Position numbers and translations under genes: made by a program. From Paecilomyces variotii (lineage: Eukaryota), in NCBI GenBank assembly GCA_004022145.1, contig RCNU01000003.1: DNA of 64,000 nucleotides, one strand, 5' to 3'. Shown piece by piece: positions 37,639 to 49,421 of this stretch. Below the pieces are notes generated by a model. The model did no database searches. It saw only the letters and a list, made by a program, of their open reading frames with translations, and had not been told where the DNA came from. The stretch's first letter is position 1; each line of letters starts with the position of its first letter.

Positions 37639-38509
37639 ATGGCCCTCGCAAAGAAGCACGTCCCGATCGTGAAGAAGCGTATGTTCTGCTCCTCCCTCCG
37701 ACTTTTCGTTACAACTTGAATGTCCTGCGATGTGAGGAAACAAGGAGCTCTTGTGGTGGACTGAAGGAAAGAGGAGGAAATATCTTGAATGTGATGATTG
37801 AGATTGTGCCACGGGGTTTCTGGTGCCTTTCGAGAATTCATCCGGACAAGAGAGGACTGGACAGGGAACACTCGACATGAATTGTTATACAGAGTCGACT
37901 GACGCCCGAATTCTACAGGCACGAAGCGCTTCTTCCGCCACCAGAGCGACCGCTTCGCGCGTGTGGACCCCTCATGGCGCAAGCCCAAGGGTATCGACAA
38001 CTGCGTCCGCAGACGCTTCAAGGGCACCATTCCCATGCCTTCCGTACGTCAACCTTTATCTGCTCCCAGGCCTCGGAAATGCATGAAACGGAATAAAACA
38101 GAAACGAATGCTGATGTGATGTGATGATGGATAGATTGGTTATGGTAGCAACAAGAAGACCCGCCACATGATGCCCTCCGGCCACAAGGCTTTCCTCGTC
38201 CACAACCCCAAGGACGTTGAGCTGCTCCTGATGCACAACCGCACCTACGCTGCTGAGTACGTCACCCTACGATTCTCCTTTTTGGCATGAGAAAAATACG
38301 GTTCTCAGATGCTCGAATTGTCTTTTCAATCTCTCTTCTCGGTTCCACATGGAACGAGATGATTCTTATCGACGAGCTAATCTAACCACGACATCTTTAG
38401 GATCGCTTCCGCTGTCTCTTCCCGCAAGCGTGTCGACATCATCGCCAAGGCCAAGGCTCTCGGCGTCAAGGTCACCAACGCCAAGGGCCGTGTCCAGACT
38501 GAGGCTTAA
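37639..38509 (+). CDS. rpl32: 60S ribosomal protein L32 (eL32)
   Basis: Not in the ORF track. Exons 37639-37678, 37919-38043, 38135-38256, 38401-38509. Reads [36 protein letters not shown] 5'-UTR intron (37560-37638) ends right at the ATG. Confidence 0.96.
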
Positions 38510-39017
38510 ACGGGTCGTCGTTTGTGTATTTGTGGTCATAATGAAAGTCGGGATTGCGGGTACTCCTTGCCCTTCGCTCATCATATCAAATGAGAGTAGA
38601 AAGGGGATTATTAACACAAAAATGCTGGTTCTTTAGTGTAGTTGCGAGGAGAATCCTGGGAAATTCACTGCACGGGTTCGGAAACCATTCCAGCGCACAG
38701 GAAATCAGTCAATTCAAGAATTATGAAAACGATTCTATTTTCCCTCAAAAGAAGAAAAGTTCCTATCATCTGTTTTGGAGTTGTCTCCCGTTCAGGATCT
38801 TGCAGATGGCCATTAATGACAACCTTTTCACGATCTTAAACTTGTTACGTCTTCTGTAGCTCTATTTTCACTGCAGTAAACTTCCAAGGTCCAATCCCAG
38901 AACTCGACAACGAAGTTGTATACTTGCCGATGTAGTAGCTTGATTCCATGCAGGGGGCCTGTCGCGTCAACTCTCGAAAAGGGACCAGGCGGACGACGTT
39001 GCAGTTAACCCGCAGAG

Positions 39018-39037
39018 GATATATATATATATATATA
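39018..39037. repeat. (TA)n microsatellite
   Basis: gatatatatatatatatatg seen directly. Confidence 0.8.
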
Positions 39038-39304
39038 TGAGCAGGATTGCTTCCAGTAGATTTCTTCATAAGGTCTATTTTGATGGCATCTATACAACAC
39101 ACAGTACATACTGCGTGCATATATATATATCAAACAACGTTATATCATGTTATCCCGAGATGGGAGGCCCTACATAATATGCTCATGCCCAAACGTTCCA
39201 TATGACAGACCAGCAGTTCAAGAAGGAAGTAATTAAGCAAATGAGATCCATACACATTATTCGTCGCAAAGAATTATCTAAAATCTTTTAGCACCAGATT
39301 TGAC

Positions 39305-40833
39305 TCAAGGAACGAAAAGGGGTAGTTCCCGACTATCCATCCGGGAGAGGTTTCGTCCAGGATAACCTGTTGCCGTCTTATGACCCAGAGACCTATCATC
39401 TTCACGGTCCGCGGCACTCTGGACGGAGGTCTCAAGAGTGACTTTGATTCCGTCAAGTCGACTACGACGCTGCTCTAGGGAGTGAGAGCCAGCATTCCCC
39501 GTGTCCGGGGTTTGCGCTTCCAGGATATATTGCTCGTCGTTTCCCCACCTGGTCTCTGGCACGGATAGGGGATGTTGATATATCCTGCGTTTGTATCCAC
39601 TGGAGTTTCCAGGAGTGTTGGGCTGATCCGAAATGGCATCTTGGGACTCTGAAGGGAGTATTCCAATTCGACGCAGGATTCTGCGGAAGAGAGGGTAGAT
39701 CATGGGAACATTGAAAATAATTACGGCAACGAAGGTCTCACGGCATGCCCAGCTTCCGGCTTGTTGGGCACCATTGGCACCAGCCTTTGGGAGCGCGAAA
39801 GTTAGTATTGGGGTTATTATTAGACACGGCGGAGCGCAGCAGGGTTTGTTGCTTACTGTGAGAATCAAAACACAGCGCAGAATTCCTGCCATCATGACGA
39901 AGAGACCGCCGCTGAAAAGGGCCATGAGGGAAAGCCTACGACGGAGAGGGAGACGGGCTCTCCAGAGCATCTGTACCAGATCAACAAAAATTCGCTCTCC
40001 TGAATGAATGATTTAATGCCTAGCTCATATACTTACCGGTGCGGGGATTGTCATCAAGTATGCGTCCGTGGAAACGTTCAAGACAACCGTCACGTAGATC
40101 TCTATTTTGGACACGGCCGGTTGGATATGATCTGAAAGGAAGGAGTCCGCATCTTTATGAGCAATTGATCGCTAGGGTTCAGTGTTCCATATTCCCCGGA
40201 TTAGGGTAGATCTGCCAATTCTTGTGCATAGGATGGCGCCCAAAGAGAATAGATAGGATTACTGCGATATATGTAGCGCCTACCGCGACATAAGTTATTC
40301 GAATGCGAACCGCCATATCCAGTAGTCCTGATCTGAAATGCACAATAGCCAATTAGGTTCAAATAGACCATCTGGGAACATAGACCGGGAAAGAGATATA
40401 CTCACGTAAGGCGCGAATAGAAGACAGCCATACATGACTTTAGAGTCCAGAGCAGAGTCGTGTATAACGACCATCCCGTAACCTGGATCTTGGAGCCTCC
40501 TACTCTCATTTTGTATTCTGGTGAGTTGGGATCCAGACTTGCCCGTTGTTCATTTGTCATGGAGTTTTCGCAAGGCCATGAAAACGGGCCCCAACGGAGT
40601 ATGCGGCTCCTGTCTCTAACCCGTATATGACGTATATGCGTAGAGACGTAATAAGTATATCGGTTTATTCATCCTCGTTCGACTGGTCAACTTACAGCAG
40701 CTCCGAGCATCAAATAATCATCGAGCTGGAAGTTCCTCAGTCCTGCTGAGGTTAAACGAGCGTAGGTGCGCACGGCAATCACAACGATTGCAATGGCAAG
40801 AAGAGTGAAAGCTTCCGTAACAAACTCAGCCAT
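39305..40833 (-). pseudogene. Pth11-like rhodopsin-domain membrane protein, disrupted
   Basis: Reads MAEFVTEAF..RTYAR..DDYLM..GSKIQVTGW..WQIYPNPG..LNVSTD..WACRETFVAVI. Three lesions: intron-1 acceptor TAC instead of TAG (~40632), a 1-nt frameshift at GLA-NSM (~40565), and intron-3 donor ATATGG instead of GTATGG (~40192). Confidence 0.75.
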
Positions 40834-42511
40834 GGTCTGTACATGTGTAGCCGTCTTCGAGTGGCCGAGGCACAGTGGAGGACGAAACGGAAGAGAGAAA
40901 AGAGCGAGCGGCGAAGGATGTATCCATCAATTGCCCTCCGACGCCATTCTGCTTGAAACAAAGCATTTATGACCTTCTTTGATGGACAGCCCAGCGGCAG
41001 ATGAACTCGCCATCAAGGCCGACATCTTGAACTATTTGCCATAGATGCTCGATCAAGGTATGACAAGTCAAGATTAGAACCTGTAACGGCCGTCCCAAGC
41101 CAGACGACTAGCGTGCCGGAATTGACATGCAAAGAAGGCCAAAAGGTTGCCATGTGGTGGGGGAGCAATCTCGGACTCCATGAAATAAGGTATATGTCCG
41201 TCTAGACTCTGATACTTTCCGATTTATCCGCTGTTTAGCTGTTCGGCCGTCTTGCAGTACCAAGGCCAGGGTGCTTGTTCTTTATCCAAGAACTCGTATC
41301 TTCTAACGGTCCCACAGACGCCTCCCAAGAAAAAAAAAGACCTGTAGAAATTCGAATAGTCTATCAAATAATCATCGGGTATTGTCCGGCCTGGACTTGC
41401 CTCTAGATTAACTATAGGTGACTACAGCATATCAGGGATCTTCGCTTATCTTCGTGATTGAGGTGCAGATAAAGACTGCCCTTCCCGGTAATCCACCGTG
41501 AATAATCCCAGTTTTCCTCTGGGTAGCACAGATAGTATGTGGTATCCACAGAAATGATAGACGTCCTAGACCAATTCGCCATGAGGGAAGGCCCCGTGCT
41601 GGTTGGACGCGATTGAAATCTGATAGTGAAAATGAAAATATAGTGTTATTTTCTGCAAGCAGTTTCCTGCAGGACACGTACCATGCCTGTGAGCCGAGGA
41701 TGTTTCCGTTACTTCTTGGTTCTGCGCTCAGGACTCTTGTTCGCCTCTCTCTCAAGTACTCTAAGTCTCGGTTCCTGATATCGAATCCGGAGTCGTTCCA
41801 GGCGAAATGTCCCCAAGATCCTAGCAGGCGGGTTTTACGAACTAACGGGACGTTGCCGCCGTCCCGTTCTCCATAGTCTGTGCCAATTGCCAAGATCTGG
41901 AGGCCATTCTATCGATTCGTCCAGCTCCTGACAGGCCGCAGGTGGCACAACAGACTGAGGCCGTCTCTGCATCATGGAACCATGAACCCAGCATAGCCCT
42001 AGCGCTATTTGAGCTCAGCAGCACGAGCTCGCTCCTTGGCTGTTAGATATTATGCTCTTCTGCTTCGAAGTTCCAGTCATTTGGGCTGGATTGGGGCGGG
42101 GATTTTTAGTGTGCGATGCTGCGGGTTGGTCTTTGTGCCCAGTCCACCAACATAGCGAGTTTCAAAGAGACCGTTGCCGCCCGCCAAAATGGACCAGTGG
42201 CTGCAACTGCACTCGCTACTAAGAGGAGCTGGTCTGGCTGGTCGCAATAATGGCAATTCGTGGGACCTGAAAAATCGAGCTATCCTAGTCATGGAACTAC
42301 GCTTCTGTGCAGAGGCTAAGAGCTTCCAATGGCTCTTCGCTTGCATTGCAGAGTTTGGGACTTGAAGACATTCTGTGTCCTCCGTGGATGTTATTACTAG
42401 ACTCAATGCTGCTGCTTTCTTTTTGACCCAATTACTTTTGCACTCGCGGTAGCAACTACCACCTTTTCTCTTTTGGAGTCCTTGGAAGGGATCCGTGAAA
42501 AAAGCTCGAAG

Positions 42512-44336
42512 ATGACGGACACCGTTGATGTCGCGATCATAGGCGCAGGTGAGTTGTTTCTTTTCCCTGGTCCAGAGGCCAGTTGTTAATCTGCTGGCAG
42601 GTTGGAGTGGTCTTGCTGCAGCGAAGACATACATCAAGGTCCACCCAGGGAGCAATGTTATCATTCTGGAGTCTGCATCGTCTGTGGGCGGTGTGTGGGC
42701 TAAGGAACGTCTATACTACGGACTGAAGTCCAATAATATGCTGGGAACGTACGAGTACAGCGACTTCCCAATGGATTCGGATATATTCGGGGTCAAACCT
42801 GGCCAGCATATCCCAGGCGATATCCTCCAACACTACTTCGAAAAGTATGCCGAGCATTTTCAGATTCTCGGTAGAATCCGTTTAAATTCAAAAGTCGAGA
42901 CCGCAGAGCAGAAACTCGATGGCGGATGGCGGCTCATTGTGACCGAGCGCAATGGTAATGAGCCAAGAACCAAGATCATTGAGCCTTCCAAACTGATTAT
43001 GGCCACCGGGTTGACCTCTGAGCCATTTCTACCGACCTTTAGCGGACAGGATACCTTCGGTGCACCATTATTCCACTCCCGTCATTTCTTGGATTATGAG
43101 CCGGACGTGCTACAATCGGAAAAGCACGTAACCGTATTTGGAGGTACGAAGTCCGCCTGGGATGTTGCATATGCTTGCGCTAGTTCGGGCGTACAGGTTG
43201 ACTGGGTCATCAGAGAATCCGGACATGGGCCAACATGGATGGTTCCCCCTTACGTGACACCGTTGAAGAAGTGGCTGGAAAAGCTAGTTACCACGCGGTT
43301 CCTGACATTCTTCAGTCCTTGCGTCTGGGGAGAGGCTGACGGATTTCTCCGTACCCGTAAGTTGCTCCATGGAACTTGGCTTGGTCGAAAGATAGTAGAC
43401 ATTTTCTGGTCTGTCCTTGGTAACGACGTGATTACCATGAACGGGTATGATAATCATCCCGAGACGAAGAAACTCAAGCCATGGATCAGCCCCTTTTGGA
43501 TTGCAAGTGGACTCAGTATACTGAACTACCCAAAAGATATCTTCGAGTATGTCAGGAATGGCCAGATCCGAGTTCATATTGCAGATATCACTCATCTGGA
43601 ACCTGGACAGGTGCATCTGTCTACGGGTGATGTGCTATCAACAAATGCTCTGGTCTGTGCTACCGGCTGGAGAGCCACGCCAAATATCAAATTCCTACCC
43701 GAGGGCATTGAGCGGGAGCTTGGATTTCCATGGAGCGACGACACAATTGATGACAATATCGTGAAGAAGGCTGACGCAGAGATCCTTGATCGTTTCCCGC
43801 GTCTCAGGGACCAGCCTGTCCCTAATCCAAATTACAAGCCGTTAGCAGAGGATGCAGAAGCCTGTGTTCCGCATCCCTACCGGCTAGCTCGTTTCATGGT
43901 TCCTCCGTCGATGTTCGAAAAGCGATCAATTGCGTTCCTGGGGATTCCCATGACGATCAACACAGCTCTCGTCGCGCAGACACAAGCACTGTGGGCGGTT
44001 GCTTACTTGGGCGGTGATCTGACCCTTTCTCCGTTGGAAAGCAACTCGTCGGGTCCGACCAAGTATGAAAAGATTGATGACACCAAAGACTCCGCTGAAG
44101 CCATAGACTGGGAAACAGCACTGCACACCGAATTTGGAAAGTTCCGGTACCCTGGTGGCTTTGGAAAGCGTAACCCCGACTTTGTCTTCGACGCGCTTCC
44201 GTACATTGACATGCTCCTGGGTGACTTGGGTCTCCGCGTGCACAGGAAATCAAATCTCCTGAGCGAATGTTTTGAGCCCTATGGCCCCGCTGATTATCGT
44301 GGGCTCATTGACGAATGGAAAGCGAAACACGTGTAA
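42512..44336 (+). CDS. Flavin-containing monooxygenase (FMO-like)
   Basis: Exons 42512-42548 and 42601-44336 give VAIIGAGWSGL. Further motifs GGVW, ATG, the FxGxxxxxxxxHS fingerprint, GGTKSAWD and CATGW. Confidence 0.9.
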
Positions 44337-45022
44337 GGAGCCAATAACATCTTCGATGACCAGGCGATGAATTTTGCAAAGCTCGTACGTACAGAAGAGA
44401 GGAGAATTCAGAACAATTCCTCTGGTATGAGCGGTAAGGCATATCAGTAATCTGGGACACCGTCATTGAAAGACAGCATGCACCCTGTTCAGTGCGATCA
44501 TACATAAACCCTTGTTCGATCTTACTCCAAATGTGCCGGTGTATGGCTTGTTTTGGATACCTCTCTCGTGCACTTCGCATTCATTTTCATTCATTTCCGC
44601 TTGTTATCTCCCAATTTTATTACATATATTCTTCCTTCTGTGTTAGTACTCACACGATGCTGATGTAGTTGAGTTCCCTCGTTTTCCGATGCTAGCGGTC
44701 TAGCATTTGGCTATTTTGGAGTATGGAGAAATCATTAGCTTGAGGGCATCTTGGTCTTCAAGAAAATACTGTTAACGATTCAGTTCATTAAATTTCCCTT
44801 GTACACTGACATGGGAGAGGGGTATGATAGATGCATTTTTTCTGATCTACGCATTATGTTACTGTAAGGCTATGTATGTATTTTGCCAAAATTCACCGCC
44901 TTCTAATTTGCTCTGTCGCGTCGCGGTTGTACTCGTCGCGTTTTCCGAGTCTCGTGTCAGAGCCATCATCGTCCGAGTCCTTCATAGACAACAACTATTC
45001 ATAAGCCTTGGTGGCTTTTAAC

Positions 45023-48000
45023 ATGCCTTCACTGGTAGTTCCATCTCGTCGAAGGCGAACGGAGGACTCTGATGACGATGGGGCTTCTTCTCGCATATCA
45101 GGAGAAGACACCCCCGCGTCGCGGACATCCAACGGCAGCAAGCGTATCCGACTCCAATCGTCTGGCGACGAGGATGTCCGAGATGGACAAGACGGACTAT
45201 CAGAGGAAGATAGCGACGAAGATACGGGTACATCTTCCGTGCCCTCTCAGTCGAGAGATCGTAACCTGCCCGCGAACCTGACATCCCGAACGAACGGATC
45301 TGCTGTTGCGCCAAAGCCATCCGACACTCACGAGACTCCTGGCTTCAAACCAGGAGCTATTGTGCGAATAAAGCTGACAGATTTCGTCACATATACATCT
45401 GCGGAGTTCTTCCCAGGCCCGAGGTTGAACATGGTGATCGGACCAAATGGTACGGGGAAAAGTACGCTCGTCTGTGCTATCTGTTTAGGATTGGGTTGGG
45501 GGCCGCAGGTACAGTCTATATGCTCTATTAGCCCCGGAAAGATTTTCTATCTCCGTGAAGTAGTCCGGGTATGAGTACAGCCTCTAATGTGTCTATACTG
45601 GATAGCATCTAGGACGTGCAAAAGATCCTGGCGAGTTCGTGAAGCATGGATGCCGAGAAGCCACCATTGAGATCGAACTTTGGGGCCCGCCTCGATTGCG
45701 TCGCAACCCCGTTATATCCCGAACGATCAAACGTGAAGGCAACAAGAGCACCTTCACAATAAATGGGCAACAAGCATCAAGATCTCAGGTGCTGAAGCTG
45801 GCGCAGTCGTTCTCAATCCAGATCGACAACCTGTGCCAGTTCTTGCCCCAAGACAAAGTCAGCGAATTTGCTGCGCTGTCACCGGTTGAACTCCTCCACT
45901 CTACGCAACGAGCCGCAGCTGGACCAGAAATGGTTCAATGGCATGAGGATCTAAAGAAGTTGCGCGCAGAACAGAAGAAGCTACAAACAGACATCAGAGC
46001 GGACCATGATCTAGTTGCGAATCTTGAGAATCGACAAGAATTGCAGCGGGCCGACGTTGAAAGTATGAGACAAAGGGCTGCAATCAAGAGACGTATCGAG
46101 ATGCTCGAGTTTTCCCGCCCAATCACGAGGTATAAGGACCATCATACTGTCTTTCAGGCTGCAAAGCGAAGGAAGGATGAACTCGAACGGGAGCTGGACG
46201 ACCTGAAGGCGCAGCTGGAGCCTGCTCTTAGAGCCGTGAATGCAAAACAAGATTATTGCTTGCGACTGGATGAATTTGTCAAACACAAAAAGCGGTTAGT
46301 CGACAAAGCTGATGCCGCTGTGACAGAGATTGGAAAGAGGATGGAACAACACGAAGATTCACTCCGGGATCTGAACAACCAAGTCGAGGCAGAGAGGAAG
46401 GTCGGGATGGCTTGTCGCCAGGAAGGTAGCAGGATACAGCAATCTATTAATGCACTTCAACGAAAACTGGAGAACGCCCCAGAGACGTTCGATCCTGAGT
46501 GGTATAACGAGAAAATCGTAAGCCATACCTGAAACCCGGTTAATCCTGATGGTCACTGACTTTTGCGCAGAGAGAGTTAAGAGGAGAACTTCGGCAGCTC
46601 CACGACAGAGCGGAAGAGCTGCAGAAAGCGAAGGACCCTCTTGTACAGGAGATGCGCGAAAAGACTGACCGTGTCCGACAAGCGGAACGCCAATTGAGAA
46701 ATCTGGATTCACAAGCTGGGCAGCAAGAAGAGAAACTAAAACGACTGTCCCCCGATTCTTATCGCGCGTATTGCTGGGTCTTGGAAAACCAAGACAAATT
46801 TGAACATGAAGTTTTCGGGCCGCCCATTGTGACCTGCTCTATAAAGGACCCTAAGTATGCTGATGCCATTGAATCGCTGTTTCAACGTACAGATTTCTCG
46901 GCGTTCACTACGCAGAGCCGGAATGACTTTAGAACCCTTCAGAGGGCTCTGAATATGGAGATGAAACTTCATGACATCAGTATTCGGACCTGCTCGCTTT
47001 CTTTGAGCAGCTTACAACCGCCGTTCCCTGCTGACCAACTTCGCCGCATGGGGTTCGATGGTTGGGCAACCGACTTTCTCGTCGGTCCTGAACCAGTGTT
47101 GGCCATATTAAGCAGCGAGAATAAGCTACATCAAACTCCAATTGGCCTTAGAGATATTTCAGACGAAGAATTCGCAAGAATGGAGAGTAGCTCTATCAGC
47201 TCTTGGGTTGCTGGAAAGCAAAGCTATCAAGTTCTTCGGAGACGTGAATACGGCCCAAGTGCTACGTCAACTCGCGTCAGACAAGTCAGACCAGCCAGAT
47301 TCTGGACCAACCAGCCCATGGACGTATCGGTGAAAGAGCAATTACAACAGCGCATCCAGGAATGGCAGGGCGAGATCCAAGAGATCGAAGGACGAATGCA
47401 AGCTGACAGAGCTGAACTTACTCGCCTCGGGAAAATCTATGAGGAGAAGGATAAGGAGAGGGTACGTTCATTCGACCTATGCTCAAATCTTACCATCCAC
47501 TAACCGAAGTTTACAGACCGATCTCGAGAACGACAAGAAAAAGAAACAAAGTGATTTAACCGAGTTTAAAGCAATCCCGGAAAAGCTCGAGCAATGGAAC
47601 GCCAAGCGCAAGAATAACGACAAGCGCTTAGCCGACATGAAAAATCGTGTTAACGAAATCCGTAACAAGCAGGATCATATTGCCATCGAGAAAGCCGAGA
47701 TCGCTATCGAATACGCTAATGCAGTGGAGAAGCTTCGAAAACTCCACGAGGACCTGGTGCTAGTCGAAATTAAGCATATCGAAGGATTGTCTGATTTTGA
47801 AACACTGAAGGAGCGAAACAGTGAAGTTAAAGAAACACTAGAGTCAAAACGAGGCGAGGTGAAAGAGGCAATGCGACACCTAAAGACCACGTCCGAGATG
47901 GGAAGGAAGTTGCTTCAAGACGCGGAGCGCGTCGTCCGAGCCTCAAGTGATCAGCCAGACCTCAAGGAGCTTCTTCCTACCTTATCCAATCACACTATGG

Positions 48001-48863
48001 ACCAACTGGAGGCGGACATCGACTCTGAAAAAGCTCGTTTGGAGCTCACTCATGAAGGCAGTGCCAGTCTCATCAAAGAGTTCGAAGACCGAGAACGTCA
48101 AATCCAGCGGTTGCGGGAGAAACTGGAAGGCTATCAGAAGTCACTCGCAGACTACGACCATGCCATTAATGAGATCAGAGGCAAGTGGGAGCCAAAACTT
48201 GATGCGTTAGTGCGGAAAATCAGTGATGCATTCTCGGATTCGTTCGCTCGTATCGGATGCGCGGGTCAGGTCAGCGTAGACAAAGCTGAGGATCCAACAG
48301 CTACCGAGGGTGAATCCAATGACAGCGACTTTGATCAGTGGTCCATCCAAATCCAGGTCAAATTCCGAGAACATGAGAACCTTTCCATTTTGGATTCCCA
48401 TCGGCAATCTGGTGGAGAAAGGGCCGTCAGTACGATTTTCTATCTGATGGCTCTCCAATCGCTGTCTGCATCTCCATTCCGTGTCGTCGATGAGATCAAC
48501 CAGGGTATGGACCCCAGGAACGAACGCATGGTTCACGAGCGCATGGTGGACATTGCCTGCGCATCGTCGGAAGTTGATAATGACGATGACAAAGTCGGTG
48601 GCGGTGGTGGCAGTCAATATTTCCTCATTACCCCCAAGCTGCTCAGCGGGCTGGTCTATAAGCCAGGTATGAAAGTTCTCTGCATTGTCAGCGGCGAACA
48701 CATGCCCGAGGATTACACTCTTGTCGATTTCGGCCGTGCTGTACGCCGGATGAGGGAGATCGCAGGCTCAGACAGCAGCCGCAAGGGCAAGGGGAAGGGA
48801 AAAGCGGTTGGAGGTTCTAGTGAGACCGCCAGGTGGAACAGCAGTGTTGACGTTGGTGCTTAG
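45023..48863 (+). CDS. smc5: Structural maintenance of chromosomes protein 5
   Basis: Exons 45023-45508, 45606-46517, 46571-47461, 47517-48863. Walker [20 protein letters not shown], signature QSGGER and Walker [11 protein letters not shown]. Confidence 0.96.
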
Positions 48864-49318
48864 GAGACAAGCTTAATTGATGGATGTTCGATACCCTTAT
48901 GTATGGTTTAGGGCGCTGTTTATTATGGGGTGCATTTCTGCGACGAGCGACGTGACTTGATACGCAAGTTAAGCGTGGACATGTACAGGGTTCCATTCCA
49001 TTTCTATATAAACACGATATCATAACTTGCGGCAATGTTCGACATATCTAGAGCACTTTTCTTGAGCATATGGTAGTTAATACACACAATGCAAGAATAA
49101 CTAATTAATGCCCGCCGTGCGGGGAATCACATGTCAGAGTCTCGACGCGTCGATCGTCGCCCGAGACGAGGATGCGATCTCGATGCGATCCGTGATTCGC
49201 AACAATAATTAGTTAGAGTAGAACCCTGGTATCCTGATGATGACCCTACCTATTCTCGTCCCATGCAGCGTACCTGACCCAGAGACATGTCATCTCATCT
49301 TGACGTGGCGTCCGATGG

Positions 49319-49354
49319 CTGATCTTCCTGATCTTCCTGATCTTCCCTGATCCC
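49319..49354. repeat. Short tandem repeat (CTGATCTTC)x~4
   Basis: ctgatcttc ctgatcttc ctgatcttcc ctgatcccc seen directly. Confidence 0.6.
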
Positions 49355-49421
49355 CTCTTCAGTTTCATCGAATACATAACGCGCAACCACGGAATTGTGG
49401 CCTGTTCCCAATGCGCTCGTC

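Noticed and set aside
41000-42480. ORFs of 60-195 aa between the Pth11-like pseudogene and the FMO
   Set aside because: No recognisable domain or coherent gene model.
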